Assembly: GCA_963708795.1 (NCBI GenBank)
Contig: CAVPUH010000006.1
Location: 170,005-234,004 of the forward strand
Reading direction: 5' to 3'
DNA length: 64,000 bases
From: an uncultured Actinomycetota bacterium
GTDB lineage: Bacteria; Actinomycetota; Actinomycetes; Propionibacteriales; DAIQRJ01
The notes under the pieces are model-generated. The model made no database searches and was not told the DNA's origin. It saw nothing but the letters and a program-made list of their open reading frames with translations. Positions 47,384 to 56,959 of the stretch are shown here, piece after piece (within the stretch, counting starts at the first letter, position 1; each line of letters opens with the position of its first letter). The position numbers and the translations under genes are program-made.

Positions 47384-50197
47384 CCGATCCCGCCATGACC
47401 GACCCGTCGCCGCCGACGGTGCCGTCCCCCGATCTGCGCATCGTCTCGACCCGGATCTATCGCGGGCCCAACATCTGGTCCTACCAACCGTCGGTGCACC
47501 TGATCGTCGAACTGGGCCGCCTGGAGGCATTTCCCAGCAACACCATCGACGGCTTCACCGATCGCCTGCTCGAGTTGCTCCCCGGCCTTCAGGAGCACAC
47601 CTGCAGCCGCGGCCACGCCGGTGGCTTCGTCGAGCGCCTGCGCGAGGGCACGTGGCTCGGACACGTCGCCGAACACGTCGCGCTCCAGCTCCAGCAGGAG
47701 GCCGGCCACGACATGCGTCGCGGCAAGACCCGGCAGGTCAAGGGCGAGCCCGGCCGGTACAACGTCGTCTACGCGTTCTCCGACGAGAAGGTCGGCGTCG
47801 CGGCCGGCGAGCTCGCCGTCCGACTGGTCAACGAACTCGTCGCCCCGACGGCCGCGTTCGTGTTCGCCCACGAGCTCGACCGGTTCCTCCTGGCCGCCGT
47901 CCGCACCGCGTTCGGGCCGTCCACGCAGGCGATCGTCGAGGAGGCGGTGTCGCGCGACATCCCGTGGATCAGGCTCAACGAATACTCGCTCGTCCAGCTC
48001 GGGCAGGGCGTCCACCAGAAGCGGATCCGGGCGACGATGACCTCGGCGACCTCAGCCATCGCGGTCGACGTCGCGAGCGACAAGGAGCTGACGCTCCAGC
48101 TGCTCTCCCAGGCCGGGCTGCCGGTTCCCCGGTCCGAGGCGGTCCGCTCGGCCGACGCCGCCGTCGCGCTGGCCAGGCGGATCGGCTACCCCGTCGTGAC
48201 GAAACCGCTCGACGGGAACCACGGTCGCGGCGTCATGCTCGACCTGCGCGACGACGACGCAGTGCGGAGTGCGTTCGTCAAGTCCGAGGACGAGTCCAGG
48301 CGTGGCTGGGTGATCGTCGAGACCTACGTCACCGGACGCGACTACCGGTGCCTGATCGTCGACGGCCACATGGTCGCGGTCGCCGAGCGGGTGCCGGCCC
48401 ACGTGCTCGGGGACGGCCGTCACAGCGTGCGCGAGCTCGTGGACATCACCAACGCCGACCCGCGCCGCGGCGTGGGACACGAGAAGGTGTTGACCCGCAT
48501 CACGATCGACGACGCCGCGATCGAGCTGGTACGCAGCCAGGGTCACGGGATGGACGACGTACCGGCGGCCGGGGAGATGGTGAAGCTCACGCTGACCGGG
48601 AACATGTCCACCGGCGGCATCTCCGTCGACCGCACGTTCGAGGCGCACCCGGAGAACGTCGAGATCGCCGAGGAAGCGGCGCGGGTGATCGGTCTCGACA
48701 TCGCCGGCATCGACTTCATCTGCCCCGACATCGCCGAGCCCGTGCGGGAAACCGGCGGGGCCATGTGCGAGGTGAATGCCGCGCCGGGCTTCCGCATGCA
48801 CACCCACCCGACCGTGGGCGACGCGCAGTTCATCACCAAGCCCGTCGTCGACATGCTCTTCCCTACCCGGCAGCCCGTCACGGATCCCGATCGTCGCCGT
48901 CACCGGCACGAACGGGAAGACGACGACCTCACGCATGATCTCGCATGTCTTCAAGGGAATGGGCCGCAAGGTCGGGATGACCTCGACCGACGGCATCGTC
49001 ATCGACGAGCGGCTCGTCATCCGCGCCGACGCGTCCGGCCCGCGATCGGCGCGCATGGTGCTGCAGAACCCGCGGGTGGACTTCGCGGTGTTCGAGGTCG
49101 CTCGCGGCGGGATCCTGCGCGAGGGACTCGGCTACGAGCGCAACGACGTCGCCGTGGTCCTCAATGTCGCCCCCGACCACCTCGGCCTGCGCGGAATCGA
49201 CACCCTGGAACAACTTGCCGACGTCAAGGCCGTCCTCGTGGAAGCCGTCCCGCGCAGCGGGGCCGCGGTCCTCAACGCCGACGACCCGCTGGTCCGGGCC
49301 ATGCGCCGGCGCTGTGCCGGCGAGGTCGTCTGGTTCTCCATGGAACCGCCGGGGTCGACGATCCGGCAGCTGATCGACGACCACTGCCGCCGCGGGGGGA
49401 AGGCCGTCGTCCTCGAACCGAGCGACCTCGGCGAGATGATCGTGGTCCGGCACGGCCGACGCAGCATGCAGCTCGCCTGGACGCACCTGTTGCCCGCGAC
49501 GTTCGGCGGCCGCGCCCGCATGAACGTGCAGAACACGCTGGCCGCCACCGGAGCCGCGTTCGCCGCCGGCGCACCCCTGCACGACATCCGGGCCGGGCTC
49601 CGGAGTTTCTCCACCAACTACTACCTCTCCCCCGGTCGGCTCAACGAGGTCGAGGTGGGCGGGGCGACCGTCATCATCGACTACTGCCACAACGCGGCCG
49701 GCATGCGGGCCCTGGGCGACTTCGTCGACCGGACGGCGGAGACGATGCGCGCCTCGCACGACCTCGGCAAGGTCTCGCTGATCGGCGTCGTCGCCACGGC
49801 GGGCGACCGCCGAGACGCCGACATGGTCGAACTCGGCGAGGTCTCGGCCGAGCACTTCGACGTCATCGTGGTGCGAGAGGACACCAATCTGCGCGGCCGG
49901 CCGGTCGGCGAGACGGCCGCTCTCGTCGCCCAGGGAGTACGCAACCGCATGCAGGACGGGACGAAACCCGCGCGATGTAAGCAGGTTGACATCGTGCTGG
50001 GCGAGATCGACGCCGTGCGGGACGCGATGGCCCGAGCCAACCCGGGCGACCTCGTCGTGCTCTGTGTCGACAAGCACGCCGACGTGATGGCCGAGATCGA
50101 GACCATGAGCAACCGCGCCCAGGCCGGCTCGCGCATCACCGGGGTCGACGACGGAGCCGACCCGGACTTCAGCCCCGCCACTTCGCCGTCCGCCTGA
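47380..50197 (+). pseudogene. cphA: cyanophycin synthetase CphA (N + ATP-grasp + Mur-ligase domains), single +1 interruption at CCC 48874-48876
   Basis: ORF 46930..49980 from ATG 47380 carries the N domain and ATP-grasp (PVVTKPLDGNHGRGV...). ORF 48776..50197 carries RIPIVAVTGTNGKTTTSRM and the rest of the Mur-ligase module. Deleting one C gives ...LFPTRQPSRIPIVAVTG... Confidence 0.9.
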
Positions 50198-50235
50198 ACC
50201 GCCACCCGCACCGACGATCACAAACGGAGACGTAG

Positions 50236-51108
50236 ATGCGCGGCATCATCCTGGCCGGTGGATCCGGCACCCGACTGAACCCGATCACGCTCGGCGTCAG
50301 CAAGCAGCTGGTGCCGGTCTATGACAAGCCGATGGTGTACTACCCGCTGTCGACGCTGATCCTGGCCGGCATCCGCGACGTCCTCGTCATCACCACCCCG
50401 CACGATGCCGAGCAGTTCCATCGCCTGCTCGGCGACGGCTCCCAGTTCGGGATCGCCATCAGCTACGCGGCGCAGGCCGAACCGAACGGGCTCGCCCAGG
50501 CGTTCGTCATCGGCGCCGACTTCGTCGGTACCGACCGATCGGCGCTCGTGCTCGGCGACAACATCTTCTACGGACCGGGGCTCGGGTCGCAGCTCAAGAG
50601 GTTCGACACACTCGACGGTGGTGCGGTCTTCGCCTACCGGGTGGCCGACCCGACCGCGTACGGGGTGGTCGAGTTCGACGCGGACGGCCGGGCGCTCTCG
50701 CTGGAGGAGAAGCCGGCAGCACCACGCAGCAACTACGCCGTGCCGGGGTTGTACTTCTACGACAACGACGTCATCGAGATCGCTCGCGATCTCGAGCCGT
50801 CCGCCCGGGGCGAGTACGAGATCACCGACGTCAACCGCACGTATCTCGAGCAGGGTCGCCTGCAGGTCGAGGTGCTCCCCCGCGGTACGGCCTGGCTCGA
50901 CACAGGAACTTTCGACGCCCTGCTCGAGGCCTCGGACTACGTGCGGACCGTCGAACACCGGCAAGGCCTGAAGATCGGTTCACCCGAGGAAGTCGCGTGG
51001 CGGCAGGGATTCCTCAGCGACGACGAGTTGCGGGTGCGGGCCGAAGGGCTCGTGAAGTCCGGTTACGGCACCTACCTGCTCGATCTCCTGGCTCACGAAC
51101 GCAGCTGA
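50236..51108 (+). CDS. rfbA: glucose-1-phosphate thymidylyltransferase
   Basis: [18 protein letters not shown]...[18 protein letters not shown]...; 290 aa. Confidence 0.9.
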   Translation: MRGIILAGGSGTRLNPITLGVSKQLVPVYDKPMVYYPLSTLILAGIRDVLVITTPHDAEQFHRLLGDGSQFGIAISYAAQAEPNGLAQAFVIGADFVGTDRSALVLGDNIFYGPGLGSQLKRFDTLDGGAVFAYRVADPTAYGVVEFDADGRALSLEEKPAAPRSNYAVPGLYFYDNDVIEIARDLEPSARGEYEITDVNRTYLEQGRLQVEVLPRGTAWLDTGTFDALLEASDYVRTVEHRQGLKIGSPEEVAWRQGFLSDDELRVRAEGLVKSGYGTYLLDLLAHERS

Positions 51109-51869
51109 CTCGCCGACTCCTCGTCGAGCAGCAACGTCGCCTTGGGAGTCGTCCGCAGGATCGACGCCGGGCACGAGGTGTCGACCGGACCCGTCAGCGC
51201 GAGCCGGACCGCGTCCGCCTTCCGTCGTTCGGGCACGCTGACGACCAGAACGTCCGGAGCGAGCAGCGCGGGGACGGTGAGCGAGATCGCGGTCCGCGGC
51301 ACGGAATCGACGTCCGGGAAGTGTCCCTCACCGACCTGTTGCCGGCGGGAGACGGGGTCGAGCACGATCTCCCGGACCCACTGCCGATCCTCGAAGTCGG
51401 CGGCGAAGGGTTCGTTGAACGCGAGGTGCCCGTTCTCCCCGATGCCGAGCAACACCACGTCGATCGGCGCCGACCGCAGGGCCGTTTCGTAGCGGGTGCA
51501 CTCGGCTGCCACGTCGGTGGTGTCGCCACGGATGTACTCGACGTGGCGCGGGTGGAGCGTGTCCTCGATCCGCTCGCGGATCCATCGCTGGAAGCTCGCC
51601 GGGTCGTCGGCGGCCAACCCGACGTACTCGTCCATGTGGAAGACCGTGACCTGTTCCCACGGGACGTCCTGCCGGGCGAGGGCCGCGACGAGGTCGAACT
51701 GCGAGTTGCCGGTGGCCGCGATCATCCGCGCGCTGCCCCGCTCCGCCACCGCCCGCACCAGACCGGCGGCAGCGAGCGCCGCGCCGCGAGCACCGAGCGC
51801 GGCGGAATCGGGATGGACCTCCACCGGGAGTTCCCCCACCGTGAACGTCCTGACGAGCTGGGTCATCAC
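51093..51869 (-). CDS. nagB: glucosamine-6-phosphate deaminase/isomerase family protein
   Basis: ...[10 protein letters not shown]...[12 protein letters not shown]...[18 protein letters not shown]... The 3' end overlaps rfbA by 16 nt (convergent). Confidence 0.75.
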   Translation of the reverse strand: MMTQLVRTFTVGELPVEVHPDSAALGARGAALAAAGLVRAVAERGSARMIAATGNSQFDLVAALARQDVPWEQVTVFHMDEYVGLAADDPASFQRWIRERIEDTLHPRHVEYIRGDTTDVAAECTRYETALRSAPIDVVLLGIGENGHLAFNEPFAADFEDRQWVREIVLDPVSRRQQVGEGHFPDVDSVPRTAISLTVPALLAPDVLVVSVPERRKADAVRLALTGPVDTSCPASILRTTPKATLLLDEESASQLRS

Positions 51870-51961
51870 GCGCTCCTCCGTCGCCTATGCGCCGGGGCCC
51901 GACAGCCGCGCGGCGCGCACACGTGGACCCTAGTACGGTCAGCTGACCGCATGGCAATCGC

Positions 51962-53092
51962 TTGCACGAGGAGTGGGGAATGGCCCAGCCGACGTTCCAG
52001 CCGACGACCCGGCGTAACACCCGTCGCCGGAATCTGAGTCCCTACGAGGCATTCCTCGCACGCGGTCGGGCGACGACGCCGAGGTTCGCCTACCGCGACG
52101 GCGACGACGTCGATCGATGGCGGTCGGCCGCGCTGCCCGAGGTGCTCGCCACACTCGGCCGGTTACCGGAGCCCGTGGACCCCGATCCGGAACTGCTGGC
52201 CGAGTTCGAGTACCGCGGCATTCTCATGCAGCGTTGGATGATCGACGTCGAGGACGGACTGTCCGCGATCGCCGTGATCAACCGTCCGCTCGGTACCGCT
52301 CCCCCCGGCGGCTACCCAGGGCTGCTGTGCTGGCACGGTCACGGACGTTTCGGCAAGGACGCCGTGATGGGCAGCGAGTCGACGACCGCCATCCGCGACT
52401 ACGTGTCCGAGACCGGCCTCGACTACGGGCTGCGGATGGCCCGGCGCGGCTACGTCACGTTCGGCATCGACTGGATGGGCCAGGGCGATCGCAACGATGC
52501 TCGCAAACCGAACAACCGGCCACTCGTCGACGGTGACTGGTGCAACGCGTACTACCTGCACGCGACGCTGCTGGGCCAGACGGTGCTCGGACTCAATCTC
52601 ACGCACGGGCAGCGACTCCTGGATTTCGTCGTCGGCCTCGACTTCGTCGACGCCCGTCGCATCGGCGTGATGGGCGAGTCCTACGGAGGGACGCTCGCCG
52701 TCTGGACCACGCTGCTCGACGAGCGGATCGGCGCCACCGAGGTGATCTGTTACAGCGACTCGTTCGCCGACTTCGCGCTGCGTGATCTGAATTACTGCGG
52801 ATCCCAGATCACGCCGGGACTGTTCACGCTGGTCGATGTGGCCGACCTGCACGCTCTGGTCGCGCCGCGGCCGTTGCTGACCGACATCGCGGTGTTCGAC
52901 GAGTGCTTCCGATTGGAGTCGGCGACGGCCTGCGTCGACCGGGTCGAGGCGATCTACGCGGCGGCGGGCGCCACCGACACCTTCTCCCGGCAGCTCTTCG
53001 ATCACGGCCACGGCTGGCAGGATCGCGCGTCACACGAGTTCTTCGCGCGGCACCTCGGCGCCGGCGCGCCCGATCCGGGCGACGAGCACTGA
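51962..53092 (+). CDS. alpha/beta hydrolase (dienelactone hydrolase/acetyl esterase-like)
   Basis: Nucleophile elbow GVMGESYGG. 376-aa ORF; the start may be ATG 51980 (MAQPTF). Confidence 0.6.
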   Translation: MHEEWGMAQPTFQPTTRRNTRRRNLSPYEAFLARGRATTPRFAYRDGDDVDRWRSAALPEVLATLGRLPEPVDPDPELLAEFEYRGILMQRWMIDVEDGLSAIAVINRPLGTAPPGGYPGLLCWHGHGRFGKDAVMGSESTTAIRDYVSETGLDYGLRMARRGYVTFGIDWMGQGDRNDARKPNNRPLVDGDWCNAYYLHATLLGQTVLGLNLTHGQRLLDFVVGLDFVDARRIGVMGESYGGTLAVWTTLLDERIGATEVICYSDSFADFALRDLNYCGSQITPGLFTLVDVADLHALVAPRPLLTDIAVFDECFRLESATACVDRVEAIYAAAGATDTFSRQLFDHGHGWQDRASHEFFARHLGAGAPDPGDEH

Positions 53093-53093
53093 C

Positions 53094-54275
53094 GTGCCCT
53101 CGTCGTCGGCGACAGTGCTCACTGGGGCGACGGTGGTCAGCGACGGCCTCGAACGGCGTCTCGACGTCGTCGTCCGGGACGGTCTGTGCGCCGAGGTCCT
53201 GACTCCCGGCTCGGCAGACCCCGCTCTGCCCACCGTCGATCTGCGCGGCTACAGGCTGACTCCCGGTCTGATCGATCTGCACATCCACGGAGCGGCCGGC
53301 CACGAGTTCGTCGAAGGCACCCCACCCGTGGTGGACTCGATCCTCGCGGAGATCGGGCGGCACGGCGTCACGTCGGTCGTGGCCACGATCGCATCGGAGC
53401 CGGTCGACGTGCTCCTTGCGGCTCTTCGTGCCTTCGCCGCCCCGGCCGACATCGGGTCACGGGACGGCGCCCGGGTGGTCGGTCTGCACCTCGAGGGCCC
53501 GTACCTCGCGCATGACCAGCGCGGCGCCCACCGGGCCGCCGTCGTCAGGGCGCCGACGAGCGACGAGATCGACCTCGTCCTCGCGGCCGGCGACCCTATT
53601 CGGATCGTGACACTCGCACCGGAACTTCCGGGTGCGATGGAACTCATCAGGCGGCTCGTCGCTCGTGGCGTGCTCGTCTCGATCGGTCACAGCTCGGCGT
53701 CGCCAGAGGTCGTGGCAGCGGCCTACGCGGCCGGAGCACGGCACTTCACCCACCTCTGGAGCGGCATGAGCACGCTGCGCCGGGAGGGCCGCTGGCGTCG
53801 GCCGGGCCTGGTCGAGAGTGCACTGGCGAGTTCGGGGATGACCGCCGAGGTGATCGCGGACGGGAAGCATTTGCCGCCGGAACTACTCGAGATCGCGCGC
53901 GCGTGCTTCGGCTCCGAGCTGTGTCTGGTCTCCGACGCGGTCATGGGTGCGGGGCTGCCGGAAGGCAGCGAGTTCGGGCCGCCCGAGCTGCGATGCCGAG
54001 TCCAAGACGGCGTCGCGATCGTCATCGGCGCGGACGCCTTCGCCGGCAGCACGACCCTGCTCGACGGCGCCGTGCGACACGTGGTGGGCACTCTCGGGTG
54101 GGGATTCGCCGAGACCGTTCGGATGGTCACCGAGGTGCCCGCCCGGATCATCGGACTCGATGATCGCCTCGGCCGGGTGGCGCCGGGATTCGCGGCGGAC
54201 TTCGCCGTGTTCGACGCCGACCTCGCGGTCCGCGCCACGATGCGCGACGGTCGCTGGCTCCACTCCGAGCTGTGA
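53094..54275 (+). CDS. nagA: N-acetylglucosamine-6-phosphate deacetylase
   Basis: Amidohydrolase motifs: GLIDLHIHG, HLEGPYL, SIGHS, HLWSGM, and a C-terminal DADL... segment. Confidence 0.8.
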   Translation: MPSSSATVLTGATVVSDGLERRLDVVVRDGLCAEVLTPGSADPALPTVDLRGYRLTPGLIDLHIHGAAGHEFVEGTPPVVDSILAEIGRHGVTSVVATIASEPVDVLLAALRAFAAPADIGSRDGARVVGLHLEGPYLAHDQRGAHRAAVVRAPTSDEIDLVLAAGDPIRIVTLAPELPGAMELIRRLVARGVLVSIGHSSASPEVVAAAYAAGARHFTHLWSGMSTLRREGRWRRPGLVESALASSGMTAEVIADGKHLPPELLEIARACFGSELCLVSDAVMGAGLPEGSEFGPPELRCRVQDGVAIVIGADAFAGSTTLLDGAVRHVVGTLGWGFAETVRMVTEVPARIIGLDDRLGRVAPGFAADFAVFDADLAVRATMRDGRWLHSEL

Positions 54276-54312
54276 GCGCACGGCGCCGTTGCGGGCATCT
54301 CCGCCGGCGTGA

Positions 54313-56058
54313 TCACCCGGGCCGATGGCCGGCGCGGGCGGCCAGCACCTTGACCCGCAGGGCATCCGGGTCGTCGACGACGGCGCCGTGCTGGTGCAGC
54401 CACGCGTCGAGCTGGGGGCGCTGTGAGTGCGCCATCACCCCGACCACGTCACCGGGGCCCGCCTCGCCGACCAGCGTCGCGAGGCCGGTCAGCTCGTCGG
54501 GCAGGCTCGGTACGTCCTCGACGCCCACACCGGCCGCCGCGGCGCGGAAGATCACGTCCATCTCGCGCGGCGTCCGGCCGCGCAGGTAGTCGTCCTTGTG
54601 CACGATCACGAGCCGATCGCTGTCGCGCGCGGCGATCTCGGCGATGCCGGCCAGGATCTCGTCGGTGCGATCGCCGGCCGTCCCCATGGCCAGCAGCAGC
54701 CGGGCACCGGGTGCGCGCAGACCGTCCATGACCTCCAGGAGAGCTGCGACGCCGGCCTCGTTGTGCGCGAGATCGACCACCACCGTCACCGCGCCCAGGC
54801 TGTAGATGTTCATCCGGCCGGGATTGTGCTCCGGCCCGGGCGAGAACGTCCGCAACGCCTCGATCACCGTCTCACGTGGCAACCCGAGTCCGAGTCCGGC
54901 GGAGGTGGCGGCCAGCACGTTCTCGATGTTGAAGCGGGACAGCCCGGATAGCGTCAGCGGGACATCGGTCAACGCGATCAACGGGTCCGGGCCGCGGCCG
55001 CGCCCGAGCACGGTGATCATGTCGTCGAGAACGGTGGTCACGCGGCCGTGGGCGTCGAGGACGTCGCGCAGACCGGGTGCGTTCGCGTCGCGCGAGAACG
55101 CCCACACCGGCGCCCGGGTGCCGCTGCGCATCGCCAGGACCCGCGGATCGTCGGCGTTGAGCACACACCACCCGGACGACCTGGTGATGTGGGTGATCAC
55201 CGCCTTCACCTCGGCAAGCTGGTCGACGGTGTCGATGCCCTGCAGCCCGAGGTGGTCGGCCGTGACGTTGGTGACCACCGAGACATCGTTGTGGGTGACG
55301 CCGACGCCCCGGAGGAGGATGCCGCCGCGGGCGGTCTCGGTGACCGCCAACTGAACGCCGGGCAGAGCCAGCACGTGGCCGGCGCCCGAGGGACCCGAAT
55401 AGTCGCCGCCCTCGACGAGCCGGCCGTCGTCGTAGATCCCGTCGGTCGACGACCACCCGACATGCAGGCCGGCGCAGCGGCCCATGTGCGCGATCAGCCG
55501 GGACGTGGTCGTCTTGCCGTTCGTGCCCGTCACGGCGACCACCGGGATGCGCGCCCGGATGGTAGGCGGAGGTGGACCGGCGGCAGCGGTCGCCACCCGA
55601 TGTGACGCGGCGCCGATGTTCGCGGCGACCGCCGCCGCACCGTCGGCGAGAAAGAGGTCGATGATGCCCGCCACCTCGGTGCCGAGTGCCTCGGCGGTCC
55701 CCCGGCGACGCCACGGGTACGCGACGACCAGCGTGTCGGGTGTCGGACCGGGGCGTGATCGGACGGCGAGCCGGGTCGTTCCCGAGGCGTGCGCGATCCT
55801 GCGGACGAGCCGGAGGACGACAGATCCCACGAACCGCTGACGGAGTTCGGTGTGAGGGGCCCACGGGCGTCCGACACGCCCTCCGACCGCATGGCCGAAA
55901 CCCCGGAGCCGCTCTTCGTCGGCGTTCTGCAGTCCGCCCAGGTCGAGTGTCAGCTTGATCGCGGCCCGGGGGAAGTACAGGTTCGCGCCGTCGAGCACCC
56001 GCAGTTCGACCAGCGATCGGGCCGCACCGGCGGTCGGGGTGGTGGGTGTGGCCGTCAT
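54313..56058 (-). CDS. cyanophycin-synthetase-like Mur ligase family protein (CphA N-domain + Mur-ligase module, no ATP-grasp domain)
   Basis: 581-aa intact ORF. Residues about 15-140 parallel the CphA N domain. The P-loop IPVVAVTGTNGKTTTSRL sits at about residue 170-187, versus about 500 in the window's CphA. Downstream blocks are near-collinear with the CphA M domain. Confidence 0.8.
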   Translation of the reverse strand: MTATPTTPTAGAARSLVELRVLDGANLYFPRAAIKLTLDLGGLQNADEERLRGFGHAVGGRVGRPWAPHTELRQRFVGSVVLRLVRRIAHASGTTRLAVRSRPGPTPDTLVVAYPWRRRGTAEALGTEVAGIIDLFLADGAAAVAANIGAASHRVATAAAGPPPPTIRARIPVVAVTGTNGKTTTSRLIAHMGRCAGLHVGWSSTDGIYDDGRLVEGGDYSGPSGAGHVLALPGVQLAVTETARGGILLRGVGVTHNDVSVVTNVTADHLGLQGIDTVDQLAEVKAVITHITRSSGWCVLNADDPRVLAMRSGTRAPVWAFSRDANAPGLRDVLDAHGRVTTVLDDMITVLGRGRGPDPLIALTDVPLTLSGLSRFNIENVLAATSAGLGLGLPRETVIEALRTFSPGPEHNPGRMNIYSLGAVTVVVDLAHNEAGVAALLEVMDGLRAPGARLLLAMGTAGDRTDEILAGIAEIAARDSDRLVIVHKDDYLRGRTPREMDVIFRAAAAGVGVEDVPSLPDELTGLATLVGEAGPGDVVGVMAHSQRPQLDAWLHQHGAVVDDPDALRVKVLAARAGHRPG

Positions 56059-56106
56059 CCGAACTGCTCCCGTGGTCGTCGCGCGTGGGTGGGCGGTCGC
56101 CGCGGC

Positions 56107-56877
56107 TCAGGCACCCATGGCGTGGAATCCGCCGTCCACGTGGACGATCTCACCCGTCGTGGCCGGCAGCAGGTCCGACAGCAGGGTCACCACCGCCTTC
56201 CCGGCGACGTCGTACCCGGTGTTGTCCCAGCCCAGCGGCGCCCGGGCCTGCCACGCTTCCTCGAACCGCTCGAAGCCGGGTATCGCCTTGGCTGCGAGCG
56301 TCTTCAGCGGCCCGGCGGACACCAGGTTGACCCGGATACCGTCGGGGCCGAGATCGCGTGCCAGGTACCTGTTGCACGACTCCAGGCCGGCCTTCGCCAC
56401 CCCCATCCAGTCGTAGCCGGGCCAGGCGACGGTGGCATCGAACGTCAGGCCGACGACCGAGGACCCGGCGTGCAACAGCGGCCGGGCGGCCATCGTCAGC
56501 GCCTGGAAAGAGTAGGCGGACACCCGGAACGCCGTGGCGACGTCGTCCCACTCGGTCTGGAGGAACTTCCCGCCGAGAGCAGTCGCCGGGTTCGCGAACG
56601 CGATCGAGTGGACCAGCCCGTCCAGGTGGTCGGCGTGCTCGCGCACCGCGTCGGCCAACCCAGCCAGGTGGTCTGGATCGGTGACGTCGAGATCGAGGAT
56701 GGGCGCGGGCCCGGGAAGCCGCTTCGCGATGCGCCTGGTGATGTTGAGCGCACGACCGAAGTTCGAGATGAGGACGGTGGCACCCTGCTCCTGAGCCACC
56801 TTCGCGGTCGCGAAGCCGATCGAGGTGTCGATCGTGACGCCCGCGACCAGCACCGTCTTGCCGTCGAGAATGCCCAT
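56107..56877 (-). CDS. fabI: NADH-dependent enoyl-ACP reductase (FabI/InhA)
   Basis: ORF 56107..57069 trimmed to ATG 56877: MGILDGKTVLVAGV...SIGF... ...HSIAFAN...YDWMGVAKAGLES (Y-x6-K). Confidence 0.9.
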   Translation of the reverse strand: MGILDGKTVLVAGVTIDTSIGFATAKVAQEQGATVLISNFGRALNITRRIAKRLPGPAPILDLDVTDPDHLAGLADAVREHADHLDGLVHSIAFANPATALGGKFLQTEWDDVATAFRVSAYSFQALTMAARPLLHAGSSVVGLTFDATVAWPGYDWMGVAKAGLESCNRYLARDLGPDGIRVNLVSAGPLKTLAAKAIPGFERFEEAWQARAPLGWDNTGYDVAGKAVVTLLSDLLPATTGEIVHVDGGFHAMGA

Positions 56878-56917
56878 GCCGGATAAGCCTTTCGGTCGGT
56901 GCGTGCCGTTCGGTTGA

Positions 56918-56959
56918 GATGCGGTCGGTGGAGATGCGGTCGGTTGGGATGCGGTCGGT
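56918..56959. repeat. 15-bp tandem repeat x3 (GATGCGGTCGGTnnn) in the fabG-fabI intergenic spacer
   Basis: GATGCGGTCGGT occurs at 56918, 56933 and 56948. It is flanked by related TCGGTCGGTG motifs at 56892 and 56981 and by duplicated GGTGCGTG(T)GCCGTTCGG. Confidence 0.85.

Noticed and set aside
46930-49980. 1016-aa ORF taken at face value as one protein
   Set aside because: The first 150 codons overlap cyanophycinase in another frame and are Arg-rich. The last roughly 370 codons, after the frameshift at about 48875, are Arg/Pro-rich nonsense. The real cphA is 47380..50197 across two frames.
51921-51949. DasR/dre-type GlcNAc operator in the nag intergenic region
   Set aside because: GTGGACCCTAGTACGGT could not be aligned to the dre consensus (ACTGGTCTAGACCACT as I recall it) without indels. 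Only the separate 14-bp palindrome is reported.
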